DNA of 64,000 bases, from the IMG/VR virus record IMGVR_UViG_3300014043_000277, one strand, 5' to 3'. The notes under the pieces are model-generated. The model was not told the origin of the DNA and did no database searches. It saw only the letters and a list, made by a program, of their open reading frames with translations. Made by a program: the position numbers and the translations under genes. Source of the DNA: a virus (Duplodnaviria; Heunggongvirae; Uroviricota; Caudoviricetes). Positions 1 through 9,646 of the stretch are shown piece after piece (position 1 is the stretch's first letter; the number at the start of each line of letters is the position of its first letter).

Positions 1-251
1 GCATAAGTTTGGGCGAGTTTATTCGCAACACCGCCTTCTCCTTTACCGTTACCGCCGAGAATGGCCGCTGTTCGAGCGCCTTGACGCAAATCATTCTGCA
101 ACAGGTTCCGGTTTGAGAAGAAAATCGGCATTTCAATCATTGTTATAAGCATCATTAACAATATAGGGAAAATCAGCACAGTGCTGATGATAGTGGAATC
201 GGCATCATCGCTGCTTATTTCCCTGTGAACATATGTTAAATATGATTTCAT
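1..251 (-). CDS. Partial TadE-like (Flp pilus assembly) pseudopilin; N-terminal part, gene continues beyond the window start
   Basis: The reverse complement of 1..251 translates as MKSYLTYVHREISSDDADSTIISTVLIFPILLMMLITMIEMPIFFSNRNLLQNDLRQGARTAAILGG. An acidic residue followed by a hydrophobic segment and the L..GAR.AAI pattern fits the TadE N-terminal family. GGAGG lies 9 nt upstream of the ATG at 249-251. Confidence 0.5.
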   Translation of the reverse strand, partial: MKSYLTYVHREISSDDADSTIISTVLIFPILLMMLITMIEMPIFFSNRNLLQNDLRQGARTAAILGGNGKGEGGVANKLAQTY

Positions 252-407
252 TTTGTAATTCCTCCGAAAATTTCATTCGTATAATATCTATCAAATACAA
301 TGGAACCCGTGCAGTCATGGGGACATTTGCATTCATGACAGCACGGGTTCCATTTTGATTATTTGTCAGTGGGAATGCCATGACATCGAATCATGGCATT
401 CCTGCGA

Positions 408-2864
408 TTATTCCGCTGTCGCGCGGATGAACTGGATGAGAACCGCACGGGCGAACTCGTCCGAACCATCCAGCTTCCGGTCGATTTCGTCCGTTGTCCC
501 GGCTCCGGTATACTGATAGTTCTTATCATCGGTGTTCTTATAATTGCCGGTGACAGTCGCATCGCATTTACCATCAGAGGTTGCATACACTGTTGTCAAT
601 GATGGAATTTCACCATTCGCGCCGGTTCCTTTGAAACCAGCTACGACAGTGGCGCTATTCTTAACGTCATATTCATAGCGAATGTTGAACCTGATTGGCA
701 TTTGCGCATCTGACGCCCATGGCGCTTTAATACGATAATCATTAACTTGCCCGTTCATGATTGCCGTCAATGCGCCTTCGCTTGTCCCTGAACTGTTGCC
801 ATATACGCCAATTTCAGAGGAGGATGGGGATGTCTGCGTGGAAACATGCTTAGTGCTTGTCATGTTCGGATTCAGAACATCCGCATATGATGATGCTCCC
901 TGTGCTTTTCCTTGCAATGACGCGCCATTAGCTTTCTTCCATGGTGTCGCATCCTCATTCCTGATGATTATTGTGCGTTTCGCAAGATTACCATCATATT
1001 TCATGCTTTCCTGCGATTTCGGTGTCCATGCGTCAACCCGGAATGTATTCCAATAATTATTACGGAAGAAAGTCATGTCCGCGCTGACTTTGCTTTCGTC
1101 CTGCACTTTACCTTTCGTGTCAGTCGGTGATTCCTTAACTCCCTGACGGTTCAATGCAGGATCATACTTATTATCGGTTCCATTGCCGACATTGCCTGCA
1201 ATCGCGGCGTTCGATGTTCCTTCCGGGACGCAATCAAACGGGCATTCCTTCGAATATAAGGGGTCTTTCTCACCGCTGTAATTTGAATATAGTTTCATAA
1301 TGGAATGATCATCAGTCCCGGCATAATGCCATCCAGCAAGTTTGCCTTTACTTGTCAGGAATTCAGCCATGCGCGGGAATTCGCCGCGACCTGTGACAGT
1401 GGTTCCATTATCATAGTAAATCGGTGATTGCATGCTTGCCTGGAAACGATTGGTTGAATCCTGTTTGTGTTCAGTGTATCCACCCGTGAAACCGAATTCG
1501 GCATAATAGCTCCGATATGTTTCATAATCCGTTTTATTGCATAGAATATTCAGAATATAATAATGCAATATAGGGAAGAATGAAATGGCATTATATTTTA
1601 CTGTCGTCTGACTTTTAACATTATTCCAGCATCCAGTTGAATATTCCGCGCCAGATGTTTGTCTTCCTGTATCATAGCAATAATATGATAATAGTTTACC
1701 GGTATGCTGCCGATGGTAGCCATTATCAGACTGCCATCCTTCTGGACGCCACCCTGTTACCGGCTCATTACTGTTCCTGTGTTTTCCTGTCATACATGTG
1801 AAATAGTGTCCATCCATGTTAACCGCGCGAGCGCCGCGGCAATTACGATAATGACGGATTACCCGTGTAACTTTACGCCAATACCATTTATTTTCAGCTG
1901 TAGGATATGAAATTGATTGTTTCTTACCGGTTTTCATGATTTTCTCAATGCCGCCTTTCGCCAATGCGGTTGATAGCTCATGATCCGTCGGAATTGTAAT
2001 GGATGTTGTCGTGTTATCAGTCCGTTTGCAAGCAGCTTCAACAGCAGAGGTAAGCTCATCATAATTCTTATTAGTCTCATCCTTGCTTCCAGCCCCATGA
2101 GCGTATTTGGATGATTCCAATGAATCGACAAGTTCGCCATATGGTGTTACAACAACATTACCTCCATCCGCAATATGACCATCACTTGGACTATTCTCTT
2201 TTGAATAACCAGCGACGGTTTTCGGATACCCGTCAGTTCCAGTTGCGGAATTATCAAACTGAATAAAGCATGTATCCAATTGTTTCCTGTTCACAGTGCT
2301 TTTAGAAGCAAGATCGTAAGCCACTTCCGTTGTGTCATACCATCCATAGGAATCAGAGGGTTCCAATCGGCAACCAGCAACCCAGCCGGAATTGCCTGCC
2401 CCGAAATGAGGCACAAGATAATTATAATAATAATCATTCCACCATGGATGACCGCCACCAACGTGTCCGCCGTCCCAGTTGCTACCAAAGGACGGGTTCA
2501 TAATTACGTAGCCGGGAGTAAGAACAACAGGCGGATGTCCTGGACCTCCTCTATAATAAGCATACCATACGACACCTCCCTGACATTGGAAATTATTTCC
2601 TTTTGTTTGAATGAGTTTCGTTATGACTCTATCAGCTTCCGAGCCATTGCCACCTTTTGGATTACCATAAGCGAGCTTATACGCCGGCGAGGACCATATG
2701 CCTCCGCCTCCTCCTGATGATGGTATGCCAGCATATTCTGTTGCATTCGCAGTGTTATCATTTGAATCCGATGACATCATTATCACGCTGGTTGCAATAC
2801 CTGTTATCATTGCAACCAGCGTGAACAATGCTATCAGATGTTTCTTCCTGATTTTCCTTATCAT
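408..2864 (-). CDS. Secreted 818-aa protein with an N-terminal CHAP/NlpC-P60-like peptidase motif; likely peptidoglycan hydrolase
   Basis: The N-terminus is basic then hydrophobic (MIRKIRKKHLIALFTLVAMITGIATSVIMM). The motif NNFQCQGGVVWYAYYRGG is followed about 55 aa later by GHVGGGHPWW, which matches the Cys...His spacing of CHAP domains. The rest of the protein is unassigned. Confidence 0.4.
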   Translation of the reverse strand: MIRKIRKKHLIALFTLVAMITGIATSVIMMSSDSNDNTANATEYAGIPSSGGGGGIWSSPAYKLAYGNPKGGNGSEADRVITKLIQTKGNNFQCQGGVVWYAYYRGGPGHPPVVLTPGYVIMNPSFGSNWDGGHVGGGHPWWNDYYYNYLVPHFGAGNSGWVAGCRLEPSDSYGWYDTTEVAYDLASKSTVNRKQLDTCFIQFDNSATGTDGYPKTVAGYSKENSPSDGHIADGGNVVVTPYGELVDSLESSKYAHGAGSKDETNKNYDELTSAVEAACKRTDNTTTSITIPTDHELSTALAKGGIEKIMKTGKKQSISYPTAENKWYWRKVTRVIRHYRNCRGARAVNMDGHYFTCMTGKHRNSNEPVTGWRPEGWQSDNGYHRQHTGKLLSYYCYDTGRQTSGAEYSTGCWNNVKSQTTVKYNAISFFPILHYYILNILCNKTDYETYRSYYAEFGFTGGYTEHKQDSTNRFQASMQSPIYYDNGTTVTGRGEFPRMAEFLTSKGKLAGWHYAGTDDHSIMKLYSNYSGEKDPLYSKECPFDCVPEGTSNAAIAGNVGNGTDNKYDPALNRQGVKESPTDTKGKVQDESKVSADMTFFRNNYWNTFRVDAWTPKSQESMKYDGNLAKRTIIIRNEDATPWKKANGASLQGKAQGASSYADVLNPNMTSTKHVSTQTSPSSSEIGVYGNSSGTSEGALTAIMNGQVNDYRIKAPWASDAQMPIRFNIRYEYDVKNSATVVAGFKGTGANGEIPSLTTVYATSDGKCDATVTGNYKNTDDKNYQYTGAGTTDEIDRKLDGSDEFARAVLIQFIRATAE

Positions 2865-2877
2865 AATTGTTTCCTTA

Positions 2878-3960
2878 TTATTCCTGATTTATGCTTGTAA
2901 TGAGAAGACGGCGCGGTGACGAATCCGTGTAATTCGGTTTATATGAAATAGTCAACGTTTTATTCACTACAATGGGATTATCCTCATCATTAATGTTCCT
3001 ACCGTAATATGTGATGGGAACAGTACATTTAATGGAATCATCCAATGTGTTCTGAATGTTGAATTCGCATGACATTCTACTCGATTGCGTTCCGATGAAC
3101 AACGAATGATCCCAATCTTTATATTGACCTCCGAATTCATCCTTATTCCAATCCGCGAAAAGCGGGACGAGTTGTTTCGCAGTGTTCAAATCGGATGTGT
3201 TAACTGCTTCTTTCATGTCATCACCGAACATGTCAGTGAAATCTTTCAATGGCAATGATGCATAATCATCCCAATCACCAACTGCCTGCAATGTAGTCCA
3301 ACCGCCATAAACTGGATTTATTATGCGTTCAATATCATCATTAATGAGTGATGACACGTTCTCCGCTGTGAGATATGAATAATTCGGATTTGCGGTGCCA
3401 TCCTCATTATGCGCCTTACTTGCATCATCTGTTAATTTCGGATTAGTATTTGAACTGGCGAATTGTGTTGTCATGTTCTCAGATGACATTATGAGCGCCT
3501 GTGAATCCGCTTCTTTCTTCTGTTCATCGGGCATATCATCATGTGATTGCATGTAATATTCAGGTATTCCTATTTGTTTCATGAATGTTTTCACGATTTC
3601 ATCCGTACCAGCGGATTCAGTTTCTGTTTTAGCGATATTTGATGTGCTGGCATATCTTGAGCCTGTATCCGGCTTGTTCGCTTCATTACGATTATTCTGC
3701 CATATTATGATTCCTGTTGTCATTGCGATTGCAATCAATGCAAACAGCATGATGAGAAGAATATTGCGTTTCCGGTTATCTTTTCTAACCGGTGTATAAG
3801 CGATATCGGATGATTCCATGGAATCATTATCATTTGATTCATCAGCCGGATTATCTTGCGGTCTCCCCCCGGTGATGATTTCATCCTCTTCCGTCAGGAT
3901 GAAATCATCATTCTCATTAGTCATAATAAAACTCCTTCCGTTGATAAAAATGGAAACCAT
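2878..3960 (-). CDS. Hypothetical single-pass membrane protein with an acidic N-terminus
   Basis: Long ORF with a transmembrane segment (ILLIMLFALIAIAMTTGIIIW) after an acidic N-terminal region. The true start may be the internal MTNEND. Confidence 0.4.
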   Translation of the reverse strand: MVSIFINGRSFIMTNENDDFILTEEDEIITGGRPQDNPADESNDNDSMESSDIAYTPVRKDNRKRNILLIMLFALIAIAMTTGIIIWQNNRNEANKPDTGSRYASTSNIAKTETESAGTDEIVKTFMKQIGIPEYYMQSHDDMPDEQKKEADSQALIMSSENMTTQFASSNTNPKLTDDASKAHNEDGTANPNYSYLTAENVSSLINDDIERIINPVYGGWTTLQAVGDWDDYASLPLKDFTDMFGDDMKEAVNTSDLNTAKQLVPLFADWNKDEFGGQYKDWDHSLFIGTQSSRMSCEFNIQNTLDDSIKCTVPITYYGRNINDEDNPIVVNKTLTISYKPNYTDSSPRRLLITSINQE

Positions 3961-4021
3961 TAAAGCAAAATGGCATCAATGCATTCAATTTACTATTAAA
4001 CTATCTATCAAACCATGTGTT

Positions 4022-4273
4022 TTAGAATCCAGCGGCTTTCCATCCGAAATACGCAACCGCTATCATGACAGCGATGCATGCAATGACTCCAATGATTCCA
4101 ATGAGTTTGTTTAAAAATCCGAATGATGCGTCACGAACCTGACGAGCGGCATGGCGTTTCTCTTCTAATCGTGATTTCTTATGAGCGCTTGGCATTTTCT
4201 CAACCGGACGCGCAGCACGTTGATCATCAGGCATTGACGCATCGAACAACGGGTCAAAATCCAAATCAGCCAT
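4022..4273 (-). CDS. Small tail-anchored membrane protein
   Basis: 83 aa with a C-terminal transmembrane segment (LNKLIGIIGVIACIAVMIAVAYFGW). Its start abuts the stop of 4273..4971. Confidence 0.3.
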   Translation of the reverse strand: MADLDFDPLFDASMPDDQRAARPVEKMPSAHKKSRLEEKRHAARQVRDASFGFLNKLIGIIGVIACIAVMIAVAYFGWKAAGF

Positions 4274-4971
4274 TATCTCTGTTCTCCTTCCGTGTTATCA
4301 TTGGATGCATTGCTATCATTTGAATCCTGCTGGAAACCATCATCACCGAAACTTTCCTTATCATTCATGGTGTTCTTCTCTGCTGGAATGCTATCAGGAT
4401 TGTTTACAATGCCTGCAACTGAATTCACCGGCATAAGATATGATTTTCCGGGTTCGCATGAACCGGTTCTGCATTTAATGATATATTGATCTTTCAAATA
4501 TTGTCTATTCCAATCAGGTTTCTCATCCAATATGAGTCCTGTTTTCACGCCATCAATGCTGACATGATTCAAACCATCATCATTCACCTGATAGAATTCC
4601 ATTTTACCTGTCGGACCGGCTTCGATTTCCCCGATGGCGATTGACTGAGGTGGTAAAGTCGCAAGTTCCAACCTGCCTGTCGCCGTATCATACTTGTCAT
4701 CACCTGCTTCCGTGATTCCAGCATCAAACACTATCACATCATTTTTCGCAAGCGTATCGGTTTTCTGATTGCTTGTGAGAACATAACCGACATCATAAAT
4801 ATACACGAATCGAGCGGCTGTAATGACAACCGCTCCGTAAACCAATACGGCAAGCGCAAGCATGACAAGAAGTATTTTGAATATTTTCTTTATTATTCCG
4901 AAAGCAAGCTGCCAAACCGGATACTTGTATTCACCTGATGACAGCCTGTCCGCTGAACTTCTACCGGCCAA
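4273..4971 (-). CDS. Hypothetical membrane-anchored protein with an N-terminal transmembrane segment and an extracytoplasmic domain
   Basis: The N-terminal hydrophobic segment is IFKILLVMLALAVLVYGAVVITA. The C-terminus is acidic and Asn-rich. Confidence 0.4.
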   Translation of the reverse strand: MAGRSSADRLSSGEYKYPVWQLAFGIIKKIFKILLVMLALAVLVYGAVVITAARFVYIYDVGYVLTSNQKTDTLAKNDVIVFDAGITEAGDDKYDTATGRLELATLPPQSIAIGEIEAGPTGKMEFYQVNDDGLNHVSIDGVKTGLILDEKPDWNRQYLKDQYIIKCRTGSCEPGKSYLMPVNSVAGIVNNPDSIPAEKNTMNDKESFGDDGFQQDSNDSNASNDNTEGEQR

Positions 4972-5028
4972 TTTCCATTCCTTTCAAATTCAATGTCCGC
5001 ATAATGCATTCAATGCAAGCATTGAATA

Positions 5029-6240
5029 TCATAGCATTATCGCATAATATGATAATATTTCACCGCCATTTTCCGTTTGGAAAGTCGCTGTCCGTGTGAA
5101 ACCGACAGCGCGCAGCAAACCGGCATGTACACTTCCTTCCTCAACCATAACGGCAACCATGTCATACCGATCCTTGTTCTCATCTGATTGCAATATTGAG
5201 AACAGTTCCTTATATAATTCCTGCATTTGCATGAAACCTGCACGGGTTAGTTTCCTGTGTGAGCCTGTCTGGCACATGACTAATGGGATGAACACGACAC
5301 GTTCAGGGCTTATCCATGTCGCGTCTTTCGGTGTGGATGCCGGTGTTGAATACCCTGCGATAGCAGCCATGAGCGCGACAATGTTTCCTTTCGGATTAGT
5401 GAGTTTCAGAAATTGCGCATCAGCTGTCAATGAATCCACATAATCCTTAATGTTGCCCTTGTTCGGCGGGAAACATGATTGCATATATGAAACCCTGTCC
5501 GCGAGACTGGGATGCTCCCATTCCGCGTTCCTATCACAGAAATCAAAAATCTTATTATATTCATTGCCATAACGTTTAACCCTGCCGACGAACGTCAATA
5601 AACCGCCGTTCTGGCGGCGTTTCGGCAATATGGCTGATTGCACTAATGGATGCATGCCTTCAACATCCGCGTCATCCAAATAAGGCAACGGCGAGACAAC
5701 CCTGTTCTTACCGGTTTCAGGGTCGATGTCCCGTAAACGTTTCATGAATGAGAAACCATCACCGAGATCCTGTAATCCTTCCATGAGAAGTTTCCTGCGT
5801 GCATGCAGGTAAATGGTTGCGTTCATTTGTGTGTCAAGGCGAACAACCAAATCCAATCGGCTTGCCTTAGATTGTTTCTCAACGAACTGGGATAGCATTC
5901 TCAAACTTGTTGACATGCTTGAAAACGCTTTTTTCTTCGACGGATCAATAATGCAATAATCGACCGTAGTTATGGTATGCCATATTGCACGGCGTTCACG
6001 GACAATCCGGAACAGGATGGCGGATTTCCAGCTTGTCTCCCCTGTTGTCAGATTGGTTTCACTGCATACAATCGCACGGTAATTATCCTCAATTAGTGAA
6101 TACACGGATGGAATCGGAATGTTCTCCAGATGATAACTGGAAAAATTATGAATCAAATCACGTAAGCGGCGCATGTAATAGATTTTGCTTAAATCCTTAA
6201 CAAGTGTGTATTTTTCACGAATGTCATCAACCATTAACAT
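5029..6240 (-). CDS. Hypothetical protein, 403 aa
   Basis: Long ORF with a GGGAG Shine-Dalgarno before the ATG. No convincing NTPase or reverse-transcriptase motif; the YLDD sits too close to the SP to be an RT motif C. Confidence 0.4.
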   Translation of the reverse strand: MLMVDDIREKYTLVKDLSKIYYMRRLRDLIHNFSSYHLENIPIPSVYSLIEDNYRAIVCSETNLTTGETSWKSAILFRIVRERRAIWHTITTVDYCIIDPSKKKAFSSMSTSLRMLSQFVEKQSKASRLDLVVRLDTQMNATIYLHARRKLLMEGLQDLGDGFSFMKRLRDIDPETGKNRVVSPLPYLDDADVEGMHPLVQSAILPKRRQNGGLLTFVGRVKRYGNEYNKIFDFCDRNAEWEHPSLADRVSYMQSCFPPNKGNIKDYVDSLTADAQFLKLTNPKGNIVALMAAIAGYSTPASTPKDATWISPERVVFIPLVMCQTGSHRKLTRAGFMQMQELYKELFSILQSDENKDRYDMVAVMVEEGSVHAGLLRAVGFTRTATFQTENGGEILSYYAIML

Positions 6241-6453
6241 GGACTCCCATCAAAATAAGCATTCCTTTGATTCATAATATCATTAAAACATGATATTCTC
6301 ATCATATAATCACAACCACATTGCACATGATGGATTCGATGAATGCAGATAAGTATAATGTAGCGCATGAATTATTATTGATTTACCTCATGCTGCTATC
6401 ATCATGTTGTGATTGTTATCCGTTCCATGTATTGATGCCATTTGACAAAGCGA

Positions 6454-6592
6454 ATTTGACTTCCTCCCACGCCTTCAGGCGTGGGATTCCTACGCCGTTC
6501 GCCTTAATGGAGGCTTGCGGTTCGGTGGGTTCCCGCATCATTGGCGTCAGCGTTGCGACTGGCTTGCGCCAGCCTCCGTCTTACATCACCTC
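6454..6592 (-). ncRNA. GC-rich structured element of about 135 nt, copy A; candidate cis-regulatory leader or small RNA
   Basis: GC-rich against an AT-rich background. Nested hairpins include cccacgcc-ttca-ggcgtggg, ctggc-ttgc-gccag and a ggaggc...gcctcc enclosure. A second copy lies at 63863-64000. Confidence 0.4.
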
Positions 6593-6882
6593 TACGGGCG
6601 TTTAACGACTCGGCTAGCCCAGCCGCGTCAAGAATATTCAAAGCAGCCGATAATTATAACGCCTGTATGAACTCATGCTTACTATAATATCATATTCTTT
6701 TGGTTAATGCAAAGTTTGATTTAAAAATATCAGATAACATTCTCGATTGAAAGCACCATATAGAGAGCTGGTTATGCGTGTGTGATTCATCGCCGCCCTG
6801 AAGTGCGGTGTCCTCTCACATGATTGATAGCATAATGATGGCAATGCATTCATTTGATCATTGCCATCATTATTTTAATTTT

Positions 6883-8463
6883 TCAGCTTTTCATAGTTGA
6901 CAGGACTATCGCAAGCGAATCCCTGTAATCATCCGTCAGCATTGCACTCATTGAACTCATGAGCGCGGAACCGAGTGATGATGAATGATTCAACATCATG
7001 AGCATGAGACGGCCATCAATTGTTTTCCCTGATAGGATGGTTGCTTTCACTATAGCATGTTGAATCCGGCTGGATTCGGAATTGCGTTTCAGCATCGCAT
7101 CATCCAAATCCTGTTTCTCATCATTGAATCGTTTCTCCTCGCCGGTTTCAGTCCATTCCAAACCACTCATGTGTTTCATCTGCTGCCATGTTTTCAATTC
7201 CTCATCCAATTGACTGTATTTCTTCTTGTCAATCTGATAATCGGGATAATTCTGATGCATCATGTCGATTATCTGATTGACAGTGTACCATTCACCTTCT
7301 GAATATTTCTTATTCAACGCTTTCACGGCTTTCGCTTTCATGTTCTGGAATTTAGCGAGTTCGTCGCCTATGACGGTTTTTGGAATGTCATTCACACGGT
7401 TATTCGCAATCATTTGCAAATACGCTGCGAATGGACTGCCGCATTTCTCATCATAATGTTGAATCGCCCAGATAATCCATTTATTCAATTGACTGATAAC
7501 ATCTGAATCACCATTGCCATCATCCAAATACACTTTCAATGTTTTATAAGAGGATGGTTGCAGGATGGCTGGCCGCAGTTCACCAGTGGATGAAACCGTC
7601 TGGAAAGTCAAATAGAATCTGACTATCTGATCGATTGCACGATGATCGATTTCATTCAAATCACGCTGTAAACCATTATTGTAAATGTTCGGTCTTCCAG
7701 TCAAGGCGAACACTTTGCCTTTACCGCCGCGTTCCTTCTCATAATCCTCCAGTTTTTTCTTAGCCCAGTCAGCCGAAAGGCAAATGACGGTCCACCGGTT
7801 CTCACCAATGTTAATGAACTGACCGATGTAACGCAGATTATCAAGGATATCATGAATGTCATCACTGTTCACAAGCGTGAATTTCACGCTGCCGAATCTG
7901 TGCCGTTTCACAGGCAGGAAAACCTCCTGTTCGGTGATTGTTTTCCTGCCTATCGTGATAAGTCGCGGATACAGGATGCTCTGAACTATTTGAGCATCCA
8001 ATGGAATATGATGATTATAACGCCATTCATGCAGTTGATCATAAGTCATGCGATATGATTCACTGGAATCAGATGGCACTATCAAATCATTCTCCAGCAT
8101 GTCATCAATGATGTCCTGCACTGGTTCCAAACTGGTTTCATGTGCTATTTTACGTATTTTATCCGCATCATACCATTGTCCATCCGATAGAATGGCTCCA
8201 ATCCGGAAATACAAATCCTTCTCAATGAACTGTTCATCCGTGAACATCGGTTTCGTCCGTTTGAAATCATGCCTTGAACCTGCATAACCACGTTCATTTG
8301 ACATCAATGCAGGCATGTGCGCATCAGATTCATCATCCTGTTCATCTGCAACATTATCCTGTTTGTCAATTATCTCATCATTTTCAGGTTCCTCATACAA
8401 TGAACTCGCCGCGTCATCGGAGTCCCATTCATTCTCATTATTTAATATAACAATACCGTCCAT
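6883..8463 (-). CDS. Hypothetical acidic protein, 526 aa
   Basis: Long ORF with no recognised motifs. A hairpin terminator follows at 6837-6868. Confidence 0.4.
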   Translation of the reverse strand: MDGIVILNNENEWDSDDAASSLYEEPENDEIIDKQDNVADEQDDESDAHMPALMSNERGYAGSRHDFKRTKPMFTDEQFIEKDLYFRIGAILSDGQWYDADKIRKIAHETSLEPVQDIIDDMLENDLIVPSDSSESYRMTYDQLHEWRYNHHIPLDAQIVQSILYPRLITIGRKTITEQEVFLPVKRHRFGSVKFTLVNSDDIHDILDNLRYIGQFINIGENRWTVICLSADWAKKKLEDYEKERGGKGKVFALTGRPNIYNNGLQRDLNEIDHRAIDQIVRFYLTFQTVSSTGELRPAILQPSSYKTLKVYLDDGNGDSDVISQLNKWIIWAIQHYDEKCGSPFAAYLQMIANNRVNDIPKTVIGDELAKFQNMKAKAVKALNKKYSEGEWYTVNQIIDMMHQNYPDYQIDKKKYSQLDEELKTWQQMKHMSGLEWTETGEEKRFNDEKQDLDDAMLKRNSESSRIQHAIVKATILSGKTIDGRLMLMMLNHSSSLGSALMSSMSAMLTDDYRDSLAIVLSTMKS

Positions 8464-8476
8464 ATTTTCAATTATA

Positions 8477-8773
8477 TCAATTCAAACTCATGACCGGCGT
8501 GTAATCAACAAGCAAATCAAAAAGTCTATCCGCAGTCTGGAAAAACGACATGTCCGACGCGGCATCATTGGCCGGTTCAAACAGAATGGTAACATAATCA
8601 TCATCAATTGAATGCAATGATGCGCTCAAATCATTAATGGAAGCTATATGTTCACATGAATTCATTATATGCTTCTCAGTATGAGTGAGAACACTCATGT
8701 TGAAAGTCATGAGCATGCTTTCAATTGGTGATTTCATTTGCAAACGGACACTGGATTCATTCAAATCATTCAT
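8477..8773 (-). CDS. Hypothetical small protein
   Basis: 98-aa ORF immediately downstream of 8770..9309 with overlapping stop and start, consistent with translational coupling. Confidence 0.3.
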   Translation of the reverse strand: MNDLNESSVRLQMKSPIESMLMTFNMSVLTHTEKHIMNSCEHIASINDLSASLHSIDDDYVTILFEPANDAASDMSFFQTADRLFDLLVDYTPVMSLN

Positions 8774-9309
8774 TTAACAGAATCCTCCTTGCTTGAACTA
8801 ATGACACGCGGGCAAGGATGACTGTTATCAGTGGGTTCAATTGGTTTCATGGATGATACTGGAACCATTGTTCTAATATTGGATGATTCCATTGTTTCCG
8901 GTTTCTTCTGTGACCGCATGGTTCCAATGGAATACAGTTTCACTGGCATTCCACCGATTAGCATAAGTCCCGCGTTCACCAACAGTATCATCATTATTTC
9001 ATATAATAACCGCAGGGTTCCCACGGCGGCTGCGAAAACGCCGGACAGCATGAACAGCTTACCTGTTGTGAAAGCCGTCATTGTTGAACCGAGCAATCGG
9101 TTAATCATGTCAAGCATGCCTGTTCCATCAATAAGCAGAATGAACACGGCGCAAGCAGCGAACACCATTAATGCGACGACAATGGATAATAGTAATTGCA
9201 ATAGGACAAAAGGAATGAATCCAATGTTTCCAATTGTTATGACAGACCGTCCTTTGTTGTCTTTATCAATAATTGAATCAATCATGTTAACAATGATATC
9301 ATTATTCAT
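8770..9309 (-). CDS. Hypothetical polytopic membrane protein
   Basis: Several hydrophobic segments (FIPFVLLQLLLSIVVALMVFAACAVFILLI, LFMLSGVFAAAVGTLRLLYEIMMILLVNAGLMLIGG). Confidence 0.4.
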   Translation of the reverse strand: MNNDIIVNMIDSIIDKDNKGRSVITIGNIGFIPFVLLQLLLSIVVALMVFAACAVFILLIDGTGMLDMINRLLGSTMTAFTTGKLFMLSGVFAAAVGTLRLLYEIMMILLVNAGLMLIGGMPVKLYSIGTMRSQKKPETMESSNIRTMVPVSSMKPIEPTDNSHPCPRVISSSKEDSVK

Positions 9310-9611
9310 TCACCACTGTGAAACCATGAGTCTGGATTGAACAACACGGAATCGAGACAAGGTTCATCCGGTAATGATGTTTTTATGTATTCAATCCAGT
9401 ATTCAACCGGATATTCCGAATCCAGAACATGCTGCAATATTCGTGTCATGTTCATGACATAAACATCATGGAACACATCGTATGAAAAATCCAGCCATAA
9501 TGGGATTTCCTCTCTGTTGAAATAATCAAGAAAATCATTCCTGCTATGGTATTCGCCATCATGCAAACCATGCATGATGTCATCGGAAATACAATTATAA
9601 TAATAACTCAT
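9306..9611 (-). CDS. Hypothetical small protein
   Basis: 101-aa ORF whose stop overlaps the start of the downstream gene. Confidence 0.3.
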   Translation of the reverse strand: MSYYYNCISDDIMHGLHDGEYHSRNDFLDYFNREEIPLWLDFSYDVFHDVYVMNMTRILQHVLDSEYPVEYWIEYIKTSLPDEPCLDSVLFNPDSWFHSGE

Positions 9612-9646
9612 AATGCAATCATAACATGAATGATGCTGATTGTCAA

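Noticed and set aside
5029-6240. A reverse transcriptase or retron downstream of the structured element, suggested by the YLDD in the 403-aa protein
   Set aside because: The SP...YLDD spacing is only 3 residues and no other RT motifs, such as motif A or the QG motif, are present. The element lacks retron-like a1/a2 inverted repeats.
408-6240. A complete tad pilus locus upstream of the TadE-like fragment
   Set aside because: Only the TadE-like N-terminus is recognisable. No TadA ATPase Walker motifs or TadB/C-like proteins could be identified among 408..6240.
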